NCBI GenBank assembly: GCA_045629745.1
Contig: JAZQRU010000013.1
Location: 12,023 to 76,022 of the forward strand
Direction of reading: 5' to 3'
Origin: Eubacteriales bacterium
GTDB taxonomy: Bacteria > Bacillota > Clostridia > Oscillospirales > CAG-272
DNA length: 64,000 nt
Below, piece after piece: positions 56,584-64,000 of this stretch. The first letter of the stretch is position 1; each line of letters begins with the position of its first letter. Under the pieces are notes generated by a model. It was not told the DNA's origin. It was given only the letters and a program-made list of their open reading frames with translations, and made no database searches. Position numbers and translations under genes: made by a program.

Positions 56584-57465
56584 TTAGAGAGTTTTTGCGA
56601 TTTCTTTGATAAATTTTCTGAAATCTTCTGCGGTTTCCTTGTGGGAAAGTCCCTTTACAACGTTAGCCTTAAGGAAGCCGAGCTTTGAGCCCATATCGTA
56701 TCTGTCGCCTTCAAATTCAAGCGCGGTAACCCCCTTTGTACGAGCCATAATTCCCATAGCGTCTGTGAGCTGAATTTCTCCGCCTGCTCCGGGAGGAAGT
56801 GCATCTATTATATCAAAAACATCGGGAGTAAGAAGTACGCGGCCAAGAATTGAGAGGTTTGAAAACTCCTCGCCCTCCTTGGGCTTTTCAATCATATCAG
56901 TGCAATAGGTTAAGCGCTTCTCACCGGGAATTGCTTCAACCTTGAGAGAGGAATATTTTTTGAGGTCCTCAAGAGAAACGTGCTTAACTCCGACAACGCT
57001 TCTTCCGTATTTTTCGTAAGCGTCTATCATCTGACGGCAAACTGGCACTTCGGAGAAAATTATATCGTCGCCGTAAAGAACCGCGAAGGGCTCGTCGCCA
57101 ACGAAGGTTTTTGCTCTGCCTACCGCGTGGCCAAGTCCTTTTGTTTCCTTCTGGCGAAGGAAGTAGATGTTAGCCATATTTGCGATTTCATAGAGCTTGT
57201 CCGCCATTTCGTCTTTGCCCTTTGAACGAAGCGCTGTCATATACTCAGGCGAAATGTCAAAGAAGTCCTCCATAGCTTCCTTATCTCTGTTGGTTATGAT
57301 AAGGATTTCTTCAATTCCGCTTTTTACAGCCTCTTCAACAAGGTGATAAACGGCGGGAAGGTCTACTATGGGAAGCATTTCCTTGCATACCGAATGAGAA
57401 ATCGGAAGCATTCTCGTTCCGAGGCCTGCCGCAGGAATTATCGCTTTTCTTACTCTGTTGGTCAT
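56584..57465 (-). CDS. galU: UTP--glucose-1-phosphate uridylyltransferase
   Basis: KAIIPAAGLGTRMLP, KEMLPIVD and VGVKHV motifs. Confidence 0.93.
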   Translation of the reverse strand: MTNRVRKAIIPAAGLGTRMLPISHSVCKEMLPIVDLPAVYHLVEEAVKSGIEEILIITNRDKEAMEDFFDISPEYMTALRSKGKDEMADKLYEIANMANIYFLRQKETKGLGHAVGRAKTFVGDEPFAVLYGDDIIFSEVPVCRQMIDAYEKYGRSVVGVKHVSLEDLKKYSSLKVEAIPGEKRLTYCTDMIEKPKEGEEFSNLSILGRVLLTPDVFDIIDALPPGAGGEIQLTDAMGIMARTKGVTALEFEGDRYDMGSKLGFLKANVVKGLSHKETAEDFRKFIKEIAKTL

Positions 57466-58448
57466 TTTTTGACTCCTTCAAATATATTTTCCTTTTCTAT
57501 CAAATTAAGTATTATTTCCGAGGCTTCCTCAGCGCTTTTTGCATTCGGGGAGCAGCCAGCAGCCCTTATATGTCCGCCACCGCCGAGCTCTGCGGCAATT
57601 TTTGCAACGTTAGCACCGAGCGAACGGAGTGAAGCGCGGAATTCCCCTGATTCGATCTCCTTGATTACGAAAGCTATCTCAACGCCAAAAAGCTGTCTTA
57701 CAACGTCAACCGAAGTTTCAAAAAATTCAAAATCAAGACCGAGTGCCTTTCGCTCTGCAACACTGATTTCCGCATAGGCAACTTTGCCTGAAAATGCGGT
57801 TTTGATTTTTGACGAAACAAAGCCCTCCGCCTTTATTTGCTCGGGAAGCTTGCTGTTAAAAAGCTTGTGATTTATGTCGGAAAAATTTATTCCCGTATTT
57901 ATAAGAAGAGCGGCCATCTCATAAGTTTTGTTGTTTGCCGAGGAATAGCGGAAACAAGCCGTATCCGAGCTCATTGCCGTGTAAATCGGATAAGCAATTT
58001 TTTGCGTGAGGGAGATTTTTCCCATTTTTTTAAGCTCGAGTGCTACGTTTAAAACAGCCTCTCCCGCGCTTGAAAGTCCCTTAACCGTGTAAAAATCCGC
58101 AAAAGGAATTCCAACTTCGTGGTGGTCAATCATAAGTACGGGCGCGGGGAGTGCCGCCAGAATATTTCCTGCCTGCTTCGGTGACGCAACGTCTACTGCA
58201 ACAACCTCTTTGCCATCAAAATCGCTTGCGCGCTCGTTGTCCTTTGTGATAAACTCAAGTCTTTTCGGAATGTTGTCCTCGGATATATAAACGGGGCTTT
58301 TGCCGAGAGCCTTGAAAATCTCACAGAGCGCAATTCCCGCGCCAATCGTGTCTCCGTCGGGGCGCGCGTGCATGAGTATTAAAGGTCTTTCTATTTCAAG
58401 AAGCCTCTCGGCGCACTCTCTTGCCGTAAGCTTTTTATATTCACTCAT
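57462..58448 (-). CDS. nrnA: DHH/DHHA1 phosphoesterase (NrnA-type oligoribonuclease/pAp phosphatase)
   Basis: HARPDGDTIGA, IDHH and GGGGH motifs. ATG 58448 is preferred over GTG 58469. Confidence 0.85.
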   Translation of the reverse strand: MSEYKKLTARECAERLLEIERPLILMHARPDGDTIGAGIALCEIFKALGKSPVYISEDNIPKRLEFITKDNERASDFDGKEVVAVDVASPKQAGNILAALPAPVLMIDHHEVGIPFADFYTVKGLSSAGEAVLNVALELKKMGKISLTQKIAYPIYTAMSSDTACFRYSSANNKTYEMAALLINTGINFSDINHKLFNSKLPEQIKAEGFVSSKIKTAFSGKVAYAEISVAERKALGLDFEFFETSVDVVRQLFGVEIAFVIKEIESGEFRASLRSLGANVAKIAAELGGGGHIRAAGCSPNAKSAEEASEIILNLIEKENIFEGVKK

Positions 58449-58806
58449 CGCCGTCAACCTTTTTATCACCGTCTTTCATAACCTCGTCAAGAAGCTTTGC
58501 AATTTTTGCACCGTGCTCTATCGAGCCGTCTTTAACGAAATGAAGCTCGGGGGTTATTCTTAAATTGAGCGTTGTTGCGAGGTGGTGCCGAAGCATACCC
58601 GTGCATTTTTTCAGACCGAGCATCGCCTCATCTGAATTTCCTATGCAAGAAAAATAGATGCTTGCATATTTTAAGTCTGGCGCTACCTCGGCGCGCGTGA
58701 TACTAACAAAATTATTTACAACCATTGGCTCGCGCACGTCACCGAGCGCTATTGCAAGCTCCTCGGCAACTGCGTCGTTTATTCTGCCGCGTCTGTATTT
58801 TCCCAT
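58441..58806 (-). CDS. rbfA: ribosome-binding factor A
   Basis: Internal ATG 58806 with AGGAG RBS. RINDAVAEELA...VSITRAEVAPDLKYASIYFS pattern. Confidence 0.9.
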   Translation of the reverse strand: MGKYRRGRINDAVAEELAIALGDVREPMVVNNFVSITRAEVAPDLKYASIYFSCIGNSDEAMLGLKKCTGMLRHHLATTLNLRITPELHFVKDGSIEHGAKIAKLLDEVMKDGDKKVDGDE

Positions 58807-58840
58807 ATTTGTTTCTCCTGTTTTTTGAGCTGTTAAGCTT

Positions 58841-59521
58841 TCATATATATATCGTTCTTCCGTTTCCGGAAATGTTTGCAATTTTTGCAATTTCAAGCGC
58901 TCCCTCGAACGCTGGATTTACCGTTTTTACTCCCAAAATCCGCTGTATTTCTTGCTCTATATGCGGGAAGTGCGTGCAACCGAGTATCAACGTATCGATA
59001 TTTTTTTTGCGAAGAGGCGCGAGGACTTTTTCGATTTTTATTTTTTCGTTTTCGCTTAAGTTGTTGTCACGCGCTCCGTTTTCGATTAAGCTAACGAATA
59101 TCTGAGCTTCCTTTTCAAAAACAATGGCATTTTTTGAAATTGCCGTAATAGCCCTTGAAAATGCCCTTTCTTTAATCGTTCTTTCCGTTGCTATAACGCC
59201 TATCCGTCCGTTTTTCGATATATTAGCTGCGCGCCTTGCTGCTAAATCTATTATCGGAATGCAAAGTTCTCTTTCACGCTCAGGAAGATGATAATATGCA
59301 GCGCTTGCGGTACAACATGCAATGAGAATTTTCTCTGCTCCGAGCAAAATGAGATTTTCTATACTTCTTTTTGAAGCTTCAGTTATTTCTTCAAGCGTTT
59401 TTGTGCCGTAAGGCGCGTTTTTTCTGTCGGCGAAGAAGCAAATGTCCGCATCGCGTGCGATTTTCCGAAGTTCTTTTATTGCGGTAAGACCGCCGACACC
59501 GCTATCAAAAATGCCTATCAC
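58841..59521 (-). CDS. murI: glutamate racemase
   Basis: IGIFDSGVGGLT, ACCTAS and GCTHFP catalytic Cys motifs. Confidence 0.92.
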   Translation of the reverse strand: MIGIFDSGVGGLTAIKELRKIARDADICFFADRKNAPYGTKTLEEITEASKRSIENLILLGAEKILIACCTASAAYYHLPERERELCIPIIDLAARRAANISKNGRIGVIATERTIKERAFSRAITAISKNAIVFEKEAQIFVSLIENGARDNNLSENEKIKIEKVLAPLRKKNIDTLILGCTHFPHIEQEIQRILGVKTVNPAFEGALEIAKIANISGNGRTIYI

Positions 59522-60564
59522 GTTATAGGCTCACCGTTTGCGAGAGCCTCGAAAAGCGACGTTTTAAAGCTTCCGTAAAGCTCCGTGATTTCGGGATAAA
59601 GGCTTGTTTTTGTCATTCCAGGAATTGAGTTGATTTCATTGAAATAAATTTCGCCCGAGGGAGTCAGGAAAAAATCTATTCTGGATATGTTTCCAAGACC
59701 CAGAAAATCAGAAAGTCTTTTTGCCATAGCTCGCGTTTTGCGAATTATGCCTGCATCAAGCTTTGCGCGTGATTTTATTTCGGGAGTTTCCCGTGTATCG
59801 TATTTTGCCGAAAAGCTATAAAATTTTCCCGAGGAATAAACCGCACCGGGCTTTGATATAAATCGGCTCTTTCCGTCGTCAAAAAGTGCAAGCTCAAGCT
59901 CAAGTTTTACGTCGGCAAGGGACTCTATCATAATTTTCCCGTGCGAAGCTCTAACAGCCTCGTCATACGCTTTTTTGAAATCTCGCTTTGCGTATACGGG
60001 AGATGCGCCAATAGAGCTGCCAAGCTCTCGTGGCTTTATGAAAAACGGATAACCGAGGCGTTGCTCCGCCTCAATACGTACGTCGCTTGGCTTCTTATCC
60101 TTTGGAATGAACCACGGAAGCGTAGGTATGCCGAGATATTCGGCTATGATTTTCGTAAAGGCTTTGTCGGAGCTTAGTGCCGAGGGTAAAACGTCGGAGC
60201 CAAGGTATGGAATGTGCGCGCACCGTAAAGCTCCTTGAATTTTTCCGTCTTCACCGAAATCTCCGTGCAAAACTGGAAAGGCAAGCTCTGCCTTTATAAG
60301 TTTTCCGTCGCTTGTGTAAAAGCCCGACTCTCCGTTAAATCTTGCGGGATATACCGAGATGTTTTGCTCGTCTTCTATCCATCTTCCGCTTTCGATTTTT
60401 CTTTCATCGCCCTCGAAAAGAAACCAATCTCCCGCATCTGTTATCCCGATGGTAATAAAGTTAAGTTTTCCCTTGATTTTTTCGATAACGTTTGCCGCAC
60501 TGAGCTCGGAAATTTTTCTTTCCGCACCTTCGCCGCCGAAAATTAAGGCTAAAGTTTTTGGCAT
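59518..60564 (-). CDS. ddl: D-alanine--D-alanine ligase
   Basis: ALIFGGEGAERKIS, FPVLHGDFGEDG and EINSIPG motifs. ATG 60564 is preferred (RBS GGTGAGGTG 6 nt upstream). Confidence 0.93.
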   Translation of the reverse strand: MPKTLALIFGGEGAERKISELSAANVIEKIKGKLNFITIGITDAGDWFLFEGDERKIESGRWIEDEQNISVYPARFNGESGFYTSDGKLIKAELAFPVLHGDFGEDGKIQGALRCAHIPYLGSDVLPSALSSDKAFTKIIAEYLGIPTLPWFIPKDKKPSDVRIEAEQRLGYPFFIKPRELGSSIGASPVYAKRDFKKAYDEAVRASHGKIMIESLADVKLELELALFDDGKSRFISKPGAVYSSGKFYSFSAKYDTRETPEIKSRAKLDAGIIRKTRAMAKRLSDFLGLGNISRIDFFLTPSGEIYFNEINSIPGMTKTSLYPEITELYGSFKTSLFEALANGEPIT

Positions 60565-60607
60565 TTTCATCACCTCACCACATACTATGACGGGCGGGGG
60601 TGTTTTG

Positions 60608-61420
60608 CTATTTTTCTTTTTTTAGAATGGCAACTCGCACGTGTGATGAGAGGTCTTTTAAAAAGCTTATTTGCATAAGATTTTCTTCTGCGATTTGCTG
60701 TAAAGCTTCTTTTTGGTCCTTGCCTATTTCAAAAGCTATAAAACCGTGAGGCTTAAGAAAATTTTTGGTGTTTTTGGTGATTCTTTTGTAAAACTCAAGC
60801 CCGTTATCATCACCGACGAGAGCGAGCTTCGGCTCGTGGTAAAGCTCCGCGTCAAGATTTTCGTATTCCTTTTCAGTAACGTACGGTGGGTTTGAAAGTA
60901 TTGCAAAAACCTTTTCGCTCGGCTTAAAGCTAAGCGCGTCTGCCTCTGAAAATTCAATTCTTTCGGAAACGTCGTTTTCTATTGCATTTTTCTTTGCAAC
61001 TGAGAGAGCCGCTTTTGAAATATCTATCGCAAGACAGCTTGTGTTTTTTGTATTTCTGACGGTGGATATTGCTATACAGCCGCTTCCCGTGCAGAGATCT
61101 ATGAAGCTTTCTCCCTCGGGAATGTTTTTTGTTGCATAGTCAACTAAAATTTCGGTATCCTGTCTTGGTATAAGACAGTCGGGGGTTACGGTGTAGGTTT
61201 CTCGAAAGAAACCGACCTTGCCTGTAATATACTGAAGCGGACAGCGCGACGCCCTTTCCCTTATCGGATTTGCTATTATCCCGTCGTCAAGGTATACGCT
61301 TCTTGAAACCAAACTATGTCCTGGAAGCTTGCCAAAATGCATAAAAAGCTCGCGTGCGTCGAACTCGGGGTTTTCAACACCTGTCGCCCTCAGTGTGCGT
61401 ATAGCCTCGTCAAGCGTCAT
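60608..61420 (-). CDS. prmC: release factor glutamine N5-methyltransferase
   Basis: DLCTGSGCIA SAM motif and NPPY catalytic motif. Confidence 0.9.
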   Translation of the reverse strand: MTLDEAIRTLRATGVENPEFDARELFMHFGKLPGHSLVSRSVYLDDGIIANPIRERASRCPLQYITGKVGFFRETYTVTPDCLIPRQDTEILVDYATKNIPEGESFIDLCTGSGCIAISTVRNTKNTSCLAIDISKAALSVAKKNAIENDVSERIEFSEADALSFKPSEKVFAILSNPPYVTEKEYENLDAELYHEPKLALVGDDNGLEFYKRITKNTKNFLKPHGFIAFEIGKDQKEALQQIAEENLMQISFLKDLSSHVRVAILKKEK

Positions 61421-62537
61421 TTTCCGTTTCCTTTTCAGGCTCGTTTGAGATAGCTTCGGTGGCTGTTTTATCCACGTTTTTCACTTCGATTGAATCGGCT
61501 TCGGAGTTTTCTTCGTTCGCGGGTGCGGACTCCGTTTTTGGCTCCCAACCCTTTTCTTCCCAGAACTTGTGAAATTCGGGGAAATCGTCACGAAGTGCGC
61601 CTTTTATTGATATAATAGCGACCTCCAGCATATCCTCCGTCGGCTCTTTCGTAGTTATTCTCTGAACCCAAAGTCCCGGGGCGGATATTGCGCGAGTAAG
61701 GAAATTGTCGTGCTTTCCGGCTATCATAAGGATTTCATAGCCTATTCCCATAACGAGAGGGAGTATAAGAAGTCTTATGCCCGTGTAAGCCCATGTGTTG
61801 AGTCCCGGTATTAAAGTTTTAACGAAAATACCTGCGATAATACCGAGAAGTATCATAAGAAACATAAAGCTCGTTCCGCAACGGGGGTGGAATCGCTTGT
61901 ACTTTTTAGCATTTTCGGGGGTTAGCTCGTCGCCTGCTTCAAAGCAGGCTATGGATTTGTGCTCTGCTCCGTGGTACATAAATGTTCTCTTTATGTCTTT
62001 CATAAGAGAAACGAGCCATAGATAAGCCAAGAAAATCAAAATTTTTACAAAGCCTTCGACTACGGCGGTCCAGGCACCGAGCGAGCCTTTCAACAAATAC
62101 TTGTCGATAAGGCCTGATATGAGATTCGGTAAAAACATAAAGAGAAATACCGAAAGCGCAAGTCCTAAAATTACCGCTATAATCATAATGAGGTCTGTGA
62201 GCTTTATGCCTAGATGCTTTTTTAGCCATCTTTCGCATTTTCCGTCTTCCTCTTCAATGCCGAGCGCATCTGCGGAATTGCCAAGCGTTTTTACGCTGAG
62301 AATAAGCATTTCCACGAAATTTATAACTCCGCGGAGAATTGGAATATTGAGTATTTTGTGCTTTTTTCTTACAGAATGAAACTCACCGTCATAAACCGCG
62401 AGTGTTCCGTCTTCTTTACGGCAAGTGGTAACGGTTCTTGTACCCGCCTTCATCATTACGCCTTCGAGAACCGCTTGGCCGCCGACTTTATTAAGTCTGT
62501 CGGAGCATTTTTTGGCGCAGGATTTATTTTTTCCCAT
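61410..62537 (-). CDS. DUF1385 (YqhQ-like) membrane protein
   Basis: GGQAVLEGVMM, YHGAEHK and the multi-TM core. ATG 62537 with RBS AAAGGA. It has an acidic ~45-aa C-terminal tail and overlaps prmC by 11 nt. Confidence 0.8.
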   Translation of the reverse strand: MGKNKSCAKKCSDRLNKVGGQAVLEGVMMKAGTRTVTTCRKEDGTLAVYDGEFHSVRKKHKILNIPILRGVINFVEMLILSVKTLGNSADALGIEEEDGKCERWLKKHLGIKLTDLIMIIAVILGLALSVFLFMFLPNLISGLIDKYLLKGSLGAWTAVVEGFVKILIFLAYLWLVSLMKDIKRTFMYHGAEHKSIACFEAGDELTPENAKKYKRFHPRCGTSFMFLMILLGIIAGIFVKTLIPGLNTWAYTGIRLLILPLVMGIGYEILMIAGKHDNFLTRAISAPGLWVQRITTKEPTEDMLEVAIISIKGALRDDFPEFHKFWEEKGWEPKTESAPANEENSEADSIEVKNVDKTATEAISNEPEKETENDA

Positions 62538-62747
62538 TTTCTGTCCTTTCAAAGTATGAGGGGCCGCAAAAGGCCGCAAATAGCTATTATACTATAGTAT
62601 TATAACACAAAGTATTTAAAAAATAAATAGTTTTTGAAAATTTAACAATTTAATTCCGCGAGCACGTGCGCCCTCGACGCAACACCTAAAATTCTAAAAA
62701 CAAAGCAAGAGGTAGCCCGTGTCGAAAAACAGACCATTTTATCGCAC

Positions 62748-62777
62748 AAAATGTAAATAATATTTGTCAAAAACGCA
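62748..62777 (+). repeat. 30-nt intergenic element, copy B (partner at 1351-1380)
   Basis: It ends 71 nt upstream of the CotF-family ATG. It is followed by CATAAAAAT, which loosely resembles a mother-cell sigma (-10 CATA) box. Confidence 0.7.
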
Positions 62778-62848
62778 TAAAAATGGAACGCCTTGCGAAG
62801 AATAAAATCAGAAAATATAGTTGCCTCTGGCAATGGAAAGGAAGAAAT

Positions 62849-63307
62849 ATGACCTTAACACAAAAAGAAAACAGCTTGCTCTCCGATTTGAAATCTCAGG
62901 AAAAGCTTTGCATTGAGAAGTACGGAAAATATGAAAAGGAGGCTTGCGACGCAACGCTTAAAAACTTGTTTTCAAGCATTAAAAGCACAGAAGAAAGCCA
63001 TCTTTCAACGATTAACCGTATTCTACAGGGCGAAGAAGTGACAATGCCTGCGGAAGCTCCAAAGGCGAAAGACGAAAAGGCAAACTTCCCGCAAAGTGCG
63101 GTGACGGGTGATGAAAAAGCGCGCGATGCATTCTTATGCGCTGATGCGCTCGCAATGGAAAAGCACGTTTCCTCTGTATACGACGTTGCGATTTTTGAGT
63201 TTTCAAGTCCTGCTTTGCGTGATACTCTTAACCATATACAAAAGGAAGAGCAAAATCACGGAAAAGAGCTTTATGACTATATGTCTAAAAACAATATGTA
63301 TTGTTGA
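62849..63307 (+). CDS. CotF-family spore coat protein (Coat_F domain)
   Basis: Internal ATG 62849 with RBS GGAAAGGAAG. Two Coat_F-like helical halves (LLSDLKSQEKLCIEKY...; DALAMEKHVSSVYDVAIFE...LNHIQKEEQNHGKELYDYM). Confidence 0.75.
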   Translation: MTLTQKENSLLSDLKSQEKLCIEKYGKYEKEACDATLKNLFSSIKSTEESHLSTINRILQGEEVTMPAEAPKAKDEKANFPQSAVTGDEKARDAFLCADALAMEKHVSSVYDVAIFEFSSPALRDTLNHIQKEEQNHGKELYDYMSKNNMYC

Positions 63308-63341
63308 TTTGCAGTGACAACGTTTTAAATTAAAACCGTCT

Positions 63342-63376
63342 AAAAAAAGGCAAAGCCTGGCTTTGCCTTTTTTTAA
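63342..63376. terminator. bidirectional terminator
   Basis: AAAAAAAGGCAAAG-loop-CTTTGCCTTTTTTT. Confidence 0.8.
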
Positions 63377-63441
63377 TTAACTCTGTACAAACCGAAAATT
63401 ATGTGGTACAATTAAATAAATAACGTGAGTTGGAGGTTTTT

Positions 63442-64000
63442 ATGGATAAAAAACGTGAATTTTCTCGTTCAAATTGGTTTGTTCTCATTCTTTTTGGAAT
63501 GATAGGACAGATTGCTTGGTCTGTTGAAAATATGTATTTCAATCTTTTTGTGTTTGAAACCGTAGCGCCGTCGCTTGAAACGGTAACGCTTATGGTTCAG
63601 TTAAGCGGTATTACCGCTACGGTTATAACGCTTATTGCAGGTACCGTGTCCGATAAAATAGGCAACAGGCGAGCTTTTATTTCGTGGGGTTACATAATAT
63701 GGGGTATTACAGTTGCCGTCTTCGGCTTTCTTTCACCCGAGCTTTCGGAAAAGCTATTTGGGCTTGATGCCGAAAAAGCCGTAACGTTTACGCTTGCTCT
63801 TGTAGTTGTTGCGGATTGCATTATGACGGTTTTTGGCTCAACGGCAAACGACGCGGCATTCAATGCGTGGGTAACGGACAACACGGAAGCCTCATATCGA
63901 GGAAAGGTAGAGGGGATTCTCTCAATTCTTCCGCTTATCGCGCTCCTTGTTGTAGCGGGCGGCTTCGGAATAATCGTCGGAGCTATAGGCTACGATATGA
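63442..64000 (+). CDS. MFS/GPH-type transporter, 5' part (runs off the window)
   Basis: ATG 63442 after GGAGG. The frame stays open to the window end and encodes successive TM helices (WFVLILFGMIGQIAW..., VSDKIGNRRAFISWGYIIWG...). Confidence 0.75.
   Translation, partial: MDKKREFSRSNWFVLILFGMIGQIAWSVENMYFNLFVFETVAPSLETVTLMVQLSGITATVITLIAGTVSDKIGNRRAFISWGYIIWGITVAVFGFLSPELSEKLFGLDAEKAVTFTLALVVVADCIMTVFGSTANDAAFNAWVTDNTEASYRGKVEGILSILPLIALLVVAGGFGIIVGAIGYDM

Noticed and set aside
62740-62848. Confident sigma-K or sigma-E promoter assignment for the cotF-like gene, and likewise for dpaA at about 43105
   Set aside because: CATA-type -10 boxes are present, but the spacing and -35 elements do not fit the consensus well enough to call without a weight-matrix score. 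I mention them only as possibilities.

Overview
The window is a chromosomal segment of a spore-forming Firmicute (Clostridia-like, strong preference for CTT Leu and GCT Ala codons). It is densely packed with housekeeping genes. No rRNA, tRNA, CRISPR array, transposase or integrase was seen.

Recognisable blocks:
- rny-ymdB-mnmG.
- The CIRCE-controlled hrcA-grpE-dnaK-dnaJ operon.
- guaB-asnA.
- PPIase-holA-DUF1934-MGS-like, then pfkA.
- A MarR/acyl-CoA synthetase pair.
- birA and dpaA-dpaB.
- A U32-metF-(metH activation domain)-metH operon, then glyA.
- tsaD-rex-dnaD-like-dnaI-like.
- The string DUF1385-prmC-ddl-murI-rbfA-nrnA-galU-rimI.
- Scattered sporulation genes: an unlisted 25-aa spoVM, a SpoVAF/GerA-family gene, dpaAB and a CotF-family gene.

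The one clearly accessory-looking part is about 1.3-12.8 kb. Two tandem giant genes (1454 and 1966 aa) encode signal-peptide-bearing, repeat-modular proteins that I cannot assign to a named family. Their N-terminal ~1.27 kb is nearly identical at nucleotide level, which looks like gene conversion or recent duplication. They are flanked by unusually long, compositionally skewed non-coding DNA.

Other items worth a second look:
- A 30-nt element (27/30 identical) shared by the intergenic DNA upstream of the giant-gene region and the cotF-like upstream region.
- An operator-like CTTTA-N9-TAAAG pair.
- A decayed fucU/rbsD remnant at the head of an operon that contains a lipoprotein nuclease coupled to a small unknown protein.
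- A membrane-tethered protein with a HEPN-like RNxxxH motif.
- An MGS-like protein that lacks the catalytic residues.

I did not see a clear-cut novel multi-gene system such as a defence island. All function calls come from reading the translated ORFs and remembering family motifs. Nothing was searched or computed, and repeat boundaries are good to about +/-10 nt.
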